A stretch of DNA of 64,000 nt from Mobula hypostoma (taxonomy: Eukaryota): assembly GCF_963921235.1 (NCBI RefSeq), contig NC_086107.1, forward strand, positions 111,354,001 through 111,418,000, in the 5' to 3' direction. The notes under the pieces were generated by a model. The model was not told the origin of the DNA, searched no databases, and was given only the letters and a program-made list of their open reading frames with translations. The position numbers and the translations under genes are program-made. Shown here piece by piece: positions 14,112-27,672 of the stretch (positions are counted from its first letter, which is position 1; every line of letters begins with the position of its first letter).

Positions 14112-14459
14112 TCAAGTTTTTCTTCAAGATGCTGCTCTGCCACAACGGTTCACCTGATCAAGTCTCATCTGCTAAGTCCAAGGTACCTCAAACATCAAAC
14201 AACAGTTCATCATATTTGATTAATACAAATAGTTTTATTTATTTTTTACAATAAATGTTCTGTACATGTAAATTGAGCAGCTAAAATGCACAGGGGAAAA
14301 AAGAGAATTCATTACAGAAACAAGAATCACCAGGCATTTCAGTCAGAGCATTATCTACACATGAAGTGTCCTGGTTGACCAATGCAACAGATTGCCAAAT
14401 GGAGTGGATTTTGCGGAGGAGGGACAGCCAAATGGAAAATAGATTTACACTGGGAATTC

Positions 14460-15913
14460 AATCACAAACAAGGGAAAATCTGCAGATGCTGGAAATCCGA
14501 GCAACATACACAAAATTCTGGGGCATCTCACAAGCCAGACAGCATCTAGGGAAAAAAGCAGAGTCAACAATTCGGGCTGAAACCCTTCGGCAGGACTGGA
14601 GAAAAAAAGGTGAGGTGTAGATTTAAGAGGTGAGGGTAGGGGAGAGACAAAAACACAAGGTGATAGGTGAGACCTGAAGGGAGATGGATGAAGTAAAGAG
14701 CTGGGAAGTTGATTGGTGAAAGAGACAGAAGGACACGGAAGAAAGAAAAGGGGGTAGGAGCACCAGAGGGAGGCAATGGGCGGGCAAGGAGATAAGGTGA
14801 GAGAGGAATAAGGGATGGGAAATGGAGAAAGAGGGAGGGTGGGGGACATTACCAGAAATTTGAGAAATTAATGTTCATGCCATCAGGTGAGAGGCTACCC
14901 AAACAGAATATAAGGTGTTGTTCCTCCAACCTAAGTGTGGCCTCATCACAACAGTGGAGGAGGCCATAAGTGGACATATTGGAATGGGAATGGGAAGTGG
15001 AATTAAAATGGGTGGCCTCTGAGAGATCTCGCTTGTTCTGGTGGACGGAGAGTAGATGCTTGGCAAAGTGGTCTCCCAATCTACGTCGGGTCTCACCGGT
15101 ATACAGGAGGCCACACCAGCAGCACTGGACACAGTATATGACCCCAACAGACTCACAGGTGATATGTTGCCTCAATTGGAAGGACTGTTTAGGGCCCTGA
15201 ATAGTAGTGAGGGAGGAGGTGTAGGGGCAGGTGTAGCACTCGCTCCGCTTTCAAGGATAAGTGCCAGGAGGGAGATCAGTGGGGAGGGACAAATGGACGA
15301 GGGAGTTGCGTAGGGAGCAATCCCTGCAGAAAGCAGAAAGTGGGTGGGAGGGAAAAAGGTGGTAGGATCTTGTTGGAGATGGCAGAGGTTTTGCAGGATT
15401 ATGTGCTGGACGCAGAAGCTGGTGGGGTGGTAGGTGAGGATAAGAGGAAGCCTTTCCCTAGAGGGGTGGCAGGAGGATGGGTTAAGAGCAGATGTGTGTG
15501 AAATGGATGAAAACCAGGAGTCCAGTAGTATTCAGCTTAGTTCCATTCAGTTCCATTCCAGAACGAAAAGCCTCATCCTGAGAGCAGATGTGGCAGAGGC
15601 AGAGGAATTGAAAGAAGGGGATGGCGTTTTTACAACAGGGTGGGAAGAGTTAGAGTCCAAGTACCTGTGAGCTTTCTTCCATGGCCTTCTGTGGCTTTCA
15701 CAAATCAACTTCCCAACTTTTTACTTCATCCCTCCCCCTTCAGGTTTCACCTATCCCTTGTGCTTTTCTCTCTCCGCTCCCCCCACCTCTAAAATCTACT
15801 CCTCAGCATCTTCTCCTCTGGTCCTGCCGAAGGGTTTCGTCCTGAAGCATCAACTGTACTCTTTTTCATAGATGCTGCCTGGTCTGCTGAGTTCCTCCAG
15901 CTTTTTGTGTGCG
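14460..15913 (-). mobile_element. Penelope-like element: GIY-YIG fragment with inverted pLTR and 15-bp TSD
   Basis: ORF 14849-15175 'TCESVGVIYCVQCCWCGLLYTGETRRRLGDHF...EEQHLIFCLGSLSPDGMN'. 15670-15913 is an inverted copy of the 14500-14750 terminus. TSD ttacactgggaattc at 14445-14459 and 15914-15928. Confidence 0.88.
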
Positions 15914-16489
15914 TTACACTGGGAATTCCCGAGCCTTGCAAGCCGAGAAACTGTGCAAAGGCTAAACTCCGAAAGTTTCCAAAGGTCAGGAGTGGAAGAT
16001 TTAATTTATTTCTAAAACAGTTGTAGGCTGTTGGAGGTTTCAAGGATAACGAAAGGTTAAAATGAGGAAGACAACAGGAAACTTTAAAAATGAGATATTG
16101 CTTAAACGGGTGATGGGGTCGAACACGCAGCTTGGAACATGCTACAGGATATGGTTTGAAAAGAAACGCGAATATTTTTAAAACAAATGAAAGCATTGTT
16201 TCGTTTAACTGAAATAAGGCCTTGAGACTTCAGACATAAGAGCAGAATTAGGACATTCAGACTATCGAGTCTGCCTCGCCATTCCACCATGACTGAATAT
16301 TAAGTGTCTTTTCTGGTAAGCTCTCACCAAACTTTGTGCATCCATTTGGAAAATTTAAATTCAGATTCATGTATTTATCGTATGTACATCGAAACATAGA
16401 GTGAAATACTTTGTTTGAGTTAACATTCACACACTCTAAAGGTGTGCTGGGGGAAGCCCACAAGTGTTGCCACACATTCCGGCGCCAAC

Positions 16490-16600
16490 CTTCTATTCTT
16501 CCCTCCTTCCTTCCCTCTTTCCTTCCCTCCTTCCTTCCTTCCTTCCCTTCTTCCTTCCCTCCTTCCTTCCTTCCTTCCCTCCTTCCCCCCCCACCCCCCC
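16490..16600 (+). repeat. (TTCC)n / C-rich microsatellite
   Basis: Direct reading. Confidence 0.9.
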
Positions 16601-17135
16601 CAACGGCCCTTCAAGCCACACCGCCCAGCAATCCCCTGATTTCATTCTAGTCTATCATGGGATACTTTACAACAACCAATTAACCTACCAAACGGTACGC
16701 CTTTGGACTGTGGTAAAAGCCGTGACCGGAGCGAACCCGCGGTCATGGAGAGAACGTACAAACTCCTCACAGGCAGCAGCGGGGACTGAACCCAGGTCGC
16801 CCGCATATGAAGTGTTGTGCTAACCACTATGCTGCTCTGACACTCTATATATATTGCTTTTCTTCATGTAATTTACAGCTTTTATTATGATGTATTGCAA
16901 TATGCTACTACTGCAAAACAACAAATTTCAGGACATACTCTATGCCGGTGATATTAACTGATTCTGATACCCACTCCCTCACACACAAGCACGCGCAGGC
17001 CCCAACCCCAGGACAGGCTGGATCTCCCGCCTGCAGTGAAACTGCGGAGTTGCAGACATCGGACCTCAGACTTCCACAGTGGACTGTCAAACCCAGGGCT
17101 TCAGCCAATACTGTCTGCATACCCCAGCTTGATTA

Positions 17136-17810
17136 CTAAGGATCTATAATGTTAGTTCTGAAGCATAGTTGCGGTTGATCAACCAGATTCCCAGCAAATC
17201 TGCAGATTAGCTCTGCACCCACAAGAAGCTGCAGCAGTGAGATAAAACATTTTGGAGAGAAAGGTTGAAAGAAGAGGCAGCCTTGTTTGACACCAGTCTT
17301 CACTGCGATTAGCCCTGTTGTAGGCTCACTGGTTAACACTGTGACTTTCACGTCACTGTGGAGGGAACTTCTTGAGGATGATGTTCCGCTGTCCCTCCTG
17401 ACTGATGGAGTCAAAGTCTTTAGCGAGGACAAAGGCGGCCATGTATTTTGATGTGGTTGTCACACTCTGAAGAACGTGTCCACTGCATGGATGGAATCAC
17501 ATTGAAAGAGCAGCCGTTCAGCCACTGAGGAGAGGAGATTGAGGAGGACTCTGGACAAGTGACAACTGGCAAGTGAATTCTTCCGTCATTAGCACAGATG
17601 AAAAATAGTGATGGCTACAGTGTCCCCTCTTCACTGAAGTGGAGAAATGAGATGGAGAAGGATTTTGGCATCAACTTTATAATCACAATGAGGATATCAT
17701 CTCTTCTCAGATTCGTGTCACTTATGAGCTGTGATATGACCATTTTGACTTCTTTTTGACATGGAGAGGCTAGCTTGAATAGGTTACTGAGGAGTAGAGG
17801 TGAGGGCACT
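17136..17810 (-). mobile_element. Degenerate RTE-clade LINE RT fragment
   Basis: 'IAVKTGVKQGC' RT motif in ORF 17136-17432; flanking sequence heavily decayed. Confidence 0.5.
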
Positions 17811-18724
17811 TATTCAAGGATAACAGAGGCATGTACATACACATGCATGCATATATAAACGTGTATACACACATATAGCAGCGTGGAACTGAACGGAACC
17901 CAGCTGAATACTACTGGACTCCTGCTTTGATATTTGATGTTCCATGTGTTTGCTTGCACCTTGCAGTTTGCGCTATTTGTTGCTTTTTTTTCACCCGTTT
18001 GGTGTTTGATGTTTTCTTGAACGGGTTCCATGGGGACTCTGTTTTGTGGTTGCCTGTGGGAGGACGAATTTCAGAGTTGCATTTTGCATACATACTTTGA
18101 CAATAAATGTCCTTTGAATCTTAAGTACGTACACACACACACACACATATATATATATACTCTCCGAGGATCATCACCTTATCATGGTGGAGAGGCTTGA
18201 GAGTTCCTGAGATCCCAAGAGCGATAGAGTTTAAAGTTTAGCTCCCGGTAGGTTCACCAGTGAAGGCGACAGTAAGAGGGAGGTCCCAAGCAAAGAGCTC
18301 AGGGAGATGGAGCAGATATGCACATTGGGGGAGAAGAGGCTTTTCTACGTATTTCAACATCTGCTCCATCCAATGAAGACCTCAACAGTGGAGGTGGCTG
18401 AAGATGATGACACATCCCAGTGTCAGTTCAGGTGGAGGAAGGCTGTAGCAGTGAAGGGTGCCCAGCTGTCTTGCATTCCATGCCACTGGACCCTGCGCCC
18501 GATCTGTGTAGGACCATGTTAACTGCTGCCCGTGCATCTGCCTCCCCACGTTAGACAAAGTCACATTCTCCATTAAGGGACAAAGCGCCAGAATATATGT
18601 ATCTTGGATTGATCTCTACAGTCATCTGAGGACCCACCAATTGACAATCCCTCAGGAGAGCATCATATTTATGTGATTGCAGAACCACTACATGTACAAT
18701 TATGGATTACGTTTATGCTCACAA

Positions 18725-19070
18725 GCATGTGGAGAGGATGTTTCCTATTGTGGGGGAGTCTAAGACCAGGGGACCTAGCCTCAGAATAGAGGGACATTCA
18801 TTTAGAACGGAGATGAGAAGGAATTTCTTTCGCCAGAGAGTGGTGAATCTGTAGAATTCGTTGCCACAGACAGCTGTGAAGGCCAAGTCATTGGGTATAT
18901 CTAAGGCAGAGGTTGATAGGTTCTTGATTAGTCAGGGCATGAAGGGATGCAGGGAGAAGGCAGGAAATTGGGTCTGAGAGGGAAGTGGATCAGCCATGGT
19001 GAAATGGAGGAGCAGAATCGATGGGCCAAATGGCCAAATTTTGCTCATATGTCTTATGACCTTATGGTCT
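18725..19070 (+). mobile_element. Older CR1 3' fragment
   Basis: 'gagatgagaaggaatttcttt..ccagagagtggtgaatctg' plus the CR1 tail hairpin region. Similar pieces at about 30040-30500, 31690-31990, 34330-34850 and 39045-39335. Confidence 0.8.
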
Positions 19071-21247
19071 ATAATAACAAGCACACTTGCAATAGGGAAT
19101 TGTGAGAATGTGGGTAGAATAAAAGAGTATGAATTAGTACCAGTGGGTATTAACTGGTCATTGCAGGTTCAATGGGTCAAAGGGCTCATTTCAATGATGT
19201 ATCTCTCTCTGTCTGACTCTATGAAACAAGCTTTAATTTGTAACTTTTCAGCTTCTCTCTTTTTCAGTTTCTTTAGGTTTTGATCTGCACTTGCTGTAGG
19301 TAGGGTGGCTTCGAGTATGGCAAGCAACAGATACAAGATGCTGGGAAAACTCAGAGGGTCAGGCAGCAGCTATGGAGGGAAGCAGACAGTCCCGCTTTGG
19401 GCTGAGACCCTTCATCAGGACTGTGCGTGTGGCGAGCTTGGATCTCACAAATAATCACTAGAAAGCGACCATACCTGTGGATTTGGGTTCATGACAGAGT
19501 TGGAGCGAGATCGAGGCATGTTCTGGGAGAAGTTGGAATTTTGGAGACTAAGTTGGAGCAGGCGGAGTGGAGAAAAGTTGAAGTGAACTTATTTCTGAGC
19601 CTGTATTCCTAACGGGGAGCGAGGTTTGTTCCATCTAAGTGATGCCCCTACTTGGAAAGGTTGAGTATGGGCCAGAAGCGGCTCAGAGTGTATCACTGCG
19701 GCGAGGCCTGGGTCCAAGTGTGAGGGGTGACCCAGTGCTTGGACAATTTAAATGCTGAGCCAGATGAATTGAAAAGGCAGGTGTCAGAACCGGAGGTGAG
19801 GGTTGAGCCGGTCCTGATCAGCGATGTTTTACTCCGCTGTCCTTGGGGCCGAGGCTGTGTCCAGCTCCGGCTGCCACTCGCTTTGTGGCCATTTGCCCTA
19901 CTATATAATGAACTGAGATCCAAGTCTACGGTCCTACTCTGGGATTTGAGTCTATGGATTCTATTTGGTTCGGAATGCTGTTATTTTCTTTTATTGTTTG
20001 CATGATTTGTGTTTTTTTCTCCCCCTCTTTCACTGCACGTTGGGTGTTCGTCTTTTTTTTTAACTGGGTTTTTTCTGATTTCTTGCTTTGTGGCTGCTTG
20101 TAAGCAGATGAATCAAAAGGGTTGTACAATTTATACATACATTGATAATAATAAGTGAAAATAAATGTACTTTGAATGTGTTGATCTATGCACTGGGAAG
20201 GGTTCAATCCAGCTTGGTTTCTCTCTCTGTAGATGCTACCTGACCTGCTGAGCATTTCCAACATTTTGATTTTTATTTGGCTATTGATTCACAGTTTTAT
20301 TCTATCTGGCTTCATGTGTGCAGACAATGGATAAGAAAAAAAGAGCCCAAACGAAATGATTGGACACGACAGTACTCTTCACTTCTCAGGGCAACACAAG
20401 GCAATTTTAAGCTGCGTCGAATCAATTCCCAACGTTGTTGGAAAATTTTCCAGACAGAAACAATAAAAGAAGGAAACAAGCGATGGCTCAAAAAGGTGGC
20501 ATCCATCATCAAGGACCCCCCCCACCCACCCAATACCCAGAACATGCCCTCTTCTCATTGCTACCATTAAGGAGGAGGTACAGAAACCCGAAGACACACA
20601 CTCAACAATTCAGGAACAACTTCTCTCCCTCTGCATTCTGCTTTCTGAACAATGAAGCAACCCATGAACACTACCTCATTACTTCATGCTCTCTTTTTGC
20701 TATTTATTTAATTTTAAAACTATTTTTTACGTATTGTAATTTATAGTATTATGTTACGAATTGGACTGTACCGCTGCTGCAAAACAACAAATTTCACATA
20801 TGTCAGTGAGATTAAACCCAATTCTGATTCAATTTGCTGTTGGTAAAATGCCACCTCTTTGGGACCGAGGCTATACAATTATACAGTATTGAACGCTACT
20901 GGCTCATCTGAGGAACAGTGTCCTATTGGGCTAACAGAACTAAACTTACCATCAGGCTCTAGCGTGAAGAATACTCAATAGAACTGCATAAAGTGTTCTA
21001 GATGTCCCTGCATCTGGATTATCAGAAATTCCAGCTACAGAAATATATTAGGATGGCGTACAGAATACCGGCCCTCCTTACAAGAGGATTTGAATAAAAG
21101 AGTAAGGATGGCTTGCTGCAATAATATAGACCACAACTGGAATGTTACATGCAAGTCTGGTCTACCTACCCAAGGGCAAATATATTGTAACACTCACAAC
21201 ACGCTGGAGGAACTCAGCAGGTCGGGCAGCATCCATGGAAACAATCG

Positions 21248-21281
21248 GTCGACGTTTCGGGCCGGAACCCTTCGTCAGGAC
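21248..21281 (-). ncRNA. Minimal type I hammerhead ribozyme motif in a PLE terminal repeat
   Basis: GUC-CUGACGA-A-GGGUUCCGGCCC-GAAAC-GUC-GAC: intact CUGANGA/GAAA core, stem II GGGU/GCCC, palindromic ACGU stem III, GUC cleavage triplet, stem I GUC/GAC. Confidence 0.7.
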
Positions 21282-21927
21282 TGAAGAGGGAGGGGGCAGA
21301 GGACCTATAAAGAAGGTGGGGGGAGGGTGGGAAGGAGAAGGCTGGTAGGTTCCAGGTGAAAAACCAGTAAGGGGAAAGATAAAGGGGTGGGGGAGGGGAG
21401 GCAGGGAGGTGATAGGCAGGAAAGGTGAAGAAAGAATAGGACGCAGATTGGGGAACCGCTTCGTCGAGCATCTCCGCTCCGTCCGCCAAAACAGACAGGA
21501 TCTCCCAGTAGCCACCCACTTCAACTCTGCTTCCCACTCCCATTCAGATATGTCCATACATGGCCTCCTCTACTGCCATGATGAGGCTAAACTCAGGTTG
21601 GAGGACCAACACCTCATATACCGTCTAGGTAGTCTCCAGCCCCTTGGTATGAACATAGAATTCCCCAACTTCTGGTAATTCCTTCCCCCTATCCCTATGT
21701 CACTCTGCCCCCTCCCCCAGCTGCCTATCACCTTCCTCATGGTTCTACCTCCTTCTACTACCCATTGTGTTTTCCCCTAGTCCTTCTTCACCTTTCCTGC
21801 CTATCACCTCCCTGCCTCCCCTCCCCCACCCATTTATCTTTCCCCTTACTGGTTTTTCACCTGGAACCTACCAGCCTTCTCCTTCGCACCCTCCCCCCAG
21901 CCTTCTCCTCTGCCCCTTCCCCCTACA

Positions 21928-21961
21928 ATCCTGACGAAGGGTTCCGGCCCGAAACGTCGAC
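21928..21961 (+). ncRNA. Minimal type I hammerhead ribozyme motif (sense pLTR copy)
   Basis: AUC-CUGACGA-A-GGGUUCCGGCCC-GAAAC-GUC-GAC: core intact, one mismatch in stem I. Confidence 0.62.
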
Positions 21962-24369
21962 CGATCGTTTCCACGGATGCTGCCGGACCTGCTGAGTTCC
22001 TCCAGTGTGTTGTGAGTGTTGCTTTGACCCCAGCATCTGCAGATTATTTTGTGTTGGCAAATATATTGTACTTGCAATGGTACAGCAAGGGTTATCCCAT
22101 TGGTTCCTGGGAAGGCAGGTCTGTTTCATGATGGGAGATTAAGCAGATTGGACCTATAAGTGTTTACAGTTTAGAAGAACGGGAAGTGATCTCATAAAAA
22201 TGTAGAGTGTTTATGGTTTTGGCAAATCACAAAATGGTATTTTTCCTTGGCTGGAGGGGTGGGACGGAAATGGAACCCAACAGGATCAAGCCATTTATTT
22301 TCCTTGAGGTACCAATGACGATTCATTGACTCACTGGAGTGAGTAAGAACAACGGGAACACTCTCTCTTTAAGTGTTCTCTGCAACTGGACAACAAAACT
22401 CAAATGACAGGTTGTGTAATCCTGGTCTTACACAAACAACCATAGGGTGGGAGTAAGATCCCAAAATGGTTTCAGAGAGAATGTGATGGACACTTTTTTT
22501 TTGCTAAACTCAGCTTTCTAATCACAGCAGCTGCTTCTTGTAAAGATCAAAGTGTTGTTTTTGAGTCAGTTAAGATTCCAACTAATAGTCTTTGTTTAGA
22601 TGCTTGTCATAAACAGGAGATGGTCTTCAGTTCTTAATGTGGCAAGCAGTAATCAGCTTGAAGTTGAAAGCACAGCTCTGCAAACAAGCGCTGTCTATTG
22701 AACAGACATGCTGGCCCAGGTTTATTGCTCAAGAGGTGTGGTGTAAGACAATGGGGTAATTTAATTGGGCCTGTTTCAATCTAGACAATGCTAGCTAAGT
22801 TATTTAGTTCAAAGAAGCTTGCAGACAAGACAGATAATCACTTAGCATATCAAGAGCTGATCTACTAATAGTTGGAAGATTATTGTACTCATGAGGATCG
22901 CTTTGCAGCAGTAATTCTGGGTACCTGGGATCTCTGTCACCAGAAGCTTTTAGAGCATCTGTGTAATACATATCTGAAAAAAATCATGTGCGTGAAGTCA
23001 CCCAAGTGGCAAGAAGGTAGTATAAATTTAGAAGGAAGTTGTCTGTTTTGGCAAAGTCCACAATTATTTCTGGTATGCTTCACATATTGGCAATAAAGTG
23101 ATTCTGATTTTGAAGTTCAGGCTTTTTAGGAATGGTCCAGGAACATCAGGAAGAATGACAGAAAGATGGGTCAAATTGAATCCATTCCTCTGCCTTTGAT
23201 TTCTGTGACAGACAAGTGGTTCATCTGTGGCTTTCAGCTTACAGGAATTGTACCTGGGTTTTGCAAATCTTTTGTGTTTTAGAAATAGTTTTTAATTTGG
23301 AACCTTTTTTTCTGAGCTAGAAGTCCTCTGTAAGTTTTAAGTGTGTTTTAAAAGTGTTGTTTGGATTTAAATGTGTATCACTGAAAATAAATAAACTGTT
23401 TAAACTACTTTGTTAGCTGGAAGTATCTTCTCCTTGGTAGGGAGGGTGTACACCGCCCCCCCCCCACTCACCTGCTGGGAACTGGGCGTGAAACTCACTG
23501 TGGAGAATAAACAGGGAAGTAAACTAGTCTTTAAAGATTAAGTAGTTACAGTGTAACCTCCCTTTAGTGGGGCTATCTATAAGAGATAGGGCTTAAGGTC
23601 TTTGTTTGAGTTCAGAAGCTCGTGGTCAGCAAACCCAACACCATCACAGAGGAAAAGTGACTGTGATGATGTCCGAGTTTGAAATGGCATCAACTAGAGT
23701 ACAAGTGGACATTAAAGCAGTCACAAGGCCCTTGGGTCTTGATTTCACTCAAACTGACCACTCGCTCTCACCTCTTGATTTAGTTGAATCAGACCCACTG
23801 GGCCAACAATAAACTAGGACTGAGGTTGTATCTGTCGTCAACCAAGGTTGTCATGGAGACACAAGAGACTGCAGATGCTGGAATCTGGGGCAACAAGCGA
23901 TCTGTCAGGGAACTCAGCAGTGAGGAAAATGGACAGTCGACATTTTAGATCCAGACCTCGCACTTGCTGTCAGTTTTGTTAATGATTTAAGGTGACAACT
24001 TTTACCCCATTGTTCTCTGCACTGAGGCTGGGGCTTGGTCCAAGCTCTGTGACATTTACTCTGCTGTGTGTTGAGCTGAGGCTGAGGCTGAGGGCCTGCT
24101 CTGGGCTTCCTGTCTGAGGGCTCGCATTTGTTCTAAATGCTGTTTGCTTACTTTTATTGTTTGCATGATTTGTTGTTTTTCTCTTTCTCTCTCTCTGCAC
24201 ATTGGGTGTTTGTTGGGTATTTTTTAATGGTTTCTTTTGAGTTTCTTGTTTTGTGGCTGCCTGTAAGGAGATAAATCTCAAGGTTGTATAATGCATACAT
24301 ACTTTGATAATAAATGTACTTTGAACTTTAAATTCGCTTCCTGAAGGTTGTCATTGGTGAGGGGAGGGG

Positions 24370-24890
24370 GTGTGAAGGTAGTGGGGATAAGCTTCCACGA
24401 CCTATTAAATAGATAGCCTCAAATAGCCTCTGACAACCGAGTCCAGCTCCTGGCTGTCACGTGTGGCTTAGCTACTAAGCCCAGTGGAACTGTTTCTACC
24501 GACAGGAGAAGGGGCAAAGGCGAGTTACTGGTGCCTTTAAACCAGTTCCTTTAGACAGGAGGGACTCATCAGCCATGGTTGGCAGCTCATCGAGGAGAAG
24601 GAAAACTCTGATTTCAAACCTCTGCCGCCTTGTGGCTACACCCACTCGTGGGGAAGGCTTTGGGAGTAAACCCCGAGGGAAAAATCCAGAGCTGGTGTCC
24701 CTAAGGCCATCTTACGCTCAGTTCAACGCTGATGGGCAACTCCTGCAATGCTGCTGGTGCTGAACTGTATCAGTCCCTGCCTTTCCTTTGGACTCATTAG
24801 CTGTATGGAGTGGGGGAGCCTGCTGTATGGGGAAAAGCTTGCTCTCCATATCGTACTATCCTGGCTTGTGTATCGCATAGACAGCTAGGA
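24370..24890 (+). mobile_element. RTE-related non-autonomous element
   Basis: 'ggagaaggaaaactctgatttcaaacc' RTE-5'UTR-like motif. A related copy on the minus strand at about 49420-49790. Confidence 0.5.
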
Positions 24891-25832
24891 TAAGAGCCCC
24901 AGTGTTAAAATATCAAACATGTTTACTGTTAAGTTTATTAAAACAGTATTATCATTGCTACTTTTCCATTAACATTGTGCATAACTATTAACACAATTTT
25001 GGTTACTTCTGCTATCTTTGTTATCTAACCCATGTTTGATTAGCTGATCAATAAAGATTACAGCCCTTGATTAAACTCTGCTGAAATCGTTGCCGTAGTC
25101 ATTTTTAGTTTTAAGATAAATTAATATTTTACCATGAGATGCAGTTACTTTCTCCCAGGGCTGCTGTTCGAAGCTGTTGGCTTTGGTCCGGAGCAATTTG
25201 TCTGCAGAATGCCAAAGCTGCGATGTTTCTTTTATCTAAATTGGAAGCTACAATTTCTTTATAGAGGTTGAAAAATTACATTGTAAAAGATTTCATTGAA
25301 TTCTTGGCCTTGCTAATGTACAGTGTTGATCCAAGCCCTGGCCTTTCCATCTATCTACTTCTGATACTGGGTAATTAGGGCATGCAGTAACAAAGGAGGC
25401 TTCTGCTGATCGAGTGCCCAGGCGCATTACTTGAGTAGTAATTCCCAGTCGTGTGATGCACGTCTTTTTAAGTCTGGTCTGATTTATTCGCCTAATTGAT
25501 GAGCCTTGGCAATCACACAATAAATCAGTTAAAAAGCAGTTTCAATGTTTGGAATTTCTTTACAGAAAGGTCTGAGGCTATTGAGTATAATCAAAGCTAA
25601 ACTATAAAGATCTTCAAATACTAAAGCCCTTAAGGAGACAAACTTGAACCTTGTTAAATGCTGCAGCAACTATGAGGGCCAGTGTTGACTGTTCCTGCTC
25701 CTTTATTTAATTTCATTTGTAAATCTATTTACTTTTTTATTAATAATTACAGTACTTCTCAAACTTAAAAATGTGGATTAGCTTCCAGATAAACACCATT
25801 ATCAAAAGAGGACAGCAGGGCTAGAATTCATA

Positions 25833-26043
25833 GTAACACAAAAATGCTGGAGGAACTCAGTAGGTCAGGCAACATCTACGGAAAGGAATAAAGAGTTGAT
25901 GTTTCGGGCCAGATACTGATGTCGGGTCTCAGCCTGAAACATCAGCTCTTTATCCCAATCCGTAGATGCTGCATGACCTGCCGAGTTCCTGCAGTGTTTT
26001 GTGTGGGTTGCTCTGGATGTCTAGCATCTGCAACATCTGTGTT
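25833..26043 (+). mobile_element. Short fold-back PLE-pLTR insertion with 11-bp TSD
   Basis: Inverted arms around about 25912. TSD tagaattcata at 25822-25832 and 26044-26054. Decayed hammerhead core 'ctgatgtc...gaaacatc'. Confidence 0.75.
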
Positions 26044-26079
26044 TAGAATTCATAAATTGCTGAGTAATCTTAGTGGCAG

Positions 26080-26550
26080 CATCTGGCACAAGCAGGACTT
26101 CCCGGAGGCTAAAGCATTTTAATTTTGATTCCCATTCCCATTCTGACATGTCCGTCCAGAGCCTCTCCTTCAACCTGATGGCATAAGTATTGATTTCTCT
26201 TTCCAATAAACAAATTTCACCCCTTTCCCTTCCTCTAATCCCCACTCTGACCTCTCAATTCTTCTCACCTGCCTATTACTTCTCCCTGGGTGCCCTCCTC
26301 CTTCCCTTTCTCCTATGGTCCACTCTCCTCTCCTATCGGATTCTTTCTTCTCCGGCCCTTGACCTTTCCCACCCACCTGGTTTCCCCTATCACCTTCCAG
26401 CTAGCCTCCCCTCCACCTTTTTATTCTGCCATTTTTGCCCTTCCTTTTCGGTCCTGAAGACGGGTCTCGGCCCAAGACGTCAATTATCTATTCCTCTCCA
26501 TAGATGCTGCCTGACCTGCAGAGTTCTTCCAGCATTTTGTGTGTGTTTCT
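26080..26550 (+). mobile_element. Degenerate PLE 3' fragment (GIY-YIG remnant plus pLTR)
   Basis: Similar to 21480-22020. Decayed hammerhead 'gtcctgaagacgggtctcggcccaagacgtc'. Confidence 0.7.
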
Positions 26551-27291
26551 TTCTTCAAAGATAGTATTCATTCTGAGTATTCCCTTGATCTGTCTATAGG
26601 GCTACCTTACCATGACCAGGAAATAATGGATGGGCCAACCACTTAGAAGAGAGCACAACAGAACTTGCCTTATTTACTCCTGACATCCCAGAGAGGAACC
26701 AAGCCACAGTAAACGACACAGTCGTGTAACAGCATGGTACTATTACAACTCAGGGCTTCAAGAGTTCGGAGTTCATTTCAGGCGCCATTAGAATGTTTAT
26801 GCGCATGGATCTCCTCCGGGTGCCCCTGTTTCCTCCCACAGTCCAGAGACATACCAGTTAGTAGGTTAATTGGTCTTTGTAAATTGTCTTGTGATTAGGC
26901 TAGGGTTACATTGGTGGGTTGTTGGGGAGTACAGCTTAGTGGGCCAGAAGGGCCAATTCCGCGTTGTATCCCTAAATAAAAGAAACACTTGACATTCCTT
27001 CCTGATCCTAGGCTTTTGATTGTTGAACCCAACGTTAACTGTTGACAGCAACCTTCTAATCCAGGGGTTCCCAACTTGGGGTCCATAGACCCCTCGGTTA
27101 ATGGGAGGCATCTATGGCATAAAAACACTGGGAGCCCCTGCTCGAATCTAAGACCAATGGAAATCCACCAACTCCACGGGTCATCTTAGTTACGACACTG
27201 GAGGAGGCCATTCGGCCCACTGTGCCTGTGATATAACCATCCCAATGCCAGCTTTCGCATCGGTAGTCTGGCAGCTTTGAGTTTGCATCCA

Positions 27292-27672
27292 AGTAAGGCC
27301 AGTGATGTTGTGGGGATGGAACTGGACTCTCTCACGGTGGTGTCTGAAGAGAGGATGCTGTCCAAGTTGCATGCCATCTTGGACAATGTCTCCCATCCAC
27401 TACATAATGTACTGGGTGGGCACAGGAGTACATTCAGCCAGAGACTCATTCCACCGAGATGCAACACAGAGTGTCATAGGAAGTCATTCCTGCCTGTGGC
27501 CATCAAACTTTACAACTCCTCCCTTGGAGGGTCAGACACCCTGAGTCAATAGGCTGGTCCTGGACTTATTTCCTGGCATAATTTACATATTACTATTTAA
27601 CTATTTATGGTTTTATTACTATTTAAGTATTTATGGTGCACCTGTAACGAAAACCAAAACCAATATGACTAT
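27292..27672 (+). mobile_element. Rex/Babar LINE 3' fragment (young family)
   Basis: ORF 27277-27552 is nearly identical to the 3' part of ORF 33290-33823. Confidence 0.85.

Larger units (their letters stand above)
21190..22055 (+). mobile_element. Penelope-like element: inverted pLTR, GIY-YIG C-terminus, pLTR; 15-bp TSD
   Basis: ORF 21409-21678 'RRLGNRFVEHLRSVRQNRQDLPVATHFNS...EDQHLIYRLGSLQPLGMN'. 21190-21440 is the reverse complement of about 21775-22020. TSD ggcaaatatattgta at 21175-21189 and 22056-22070. Confidence 0.9.

Noticed and set aside
23100..23400. Possible last exon of a plus-strand gene (AATAAA at about 23386)
   Set aside because: No recognisable coding sequence or convincing acceptor upstream; AATAAA is common in AT-rich DNA.
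24420..24530. HDV-like ribozyme in RTE-type 5'UTR sequence (also about 220-275)
   Set aside because: RTE 5'UTRs can carry them, but I could not build a convincing nested double pseudoknot by eye; needs a descriptor search.
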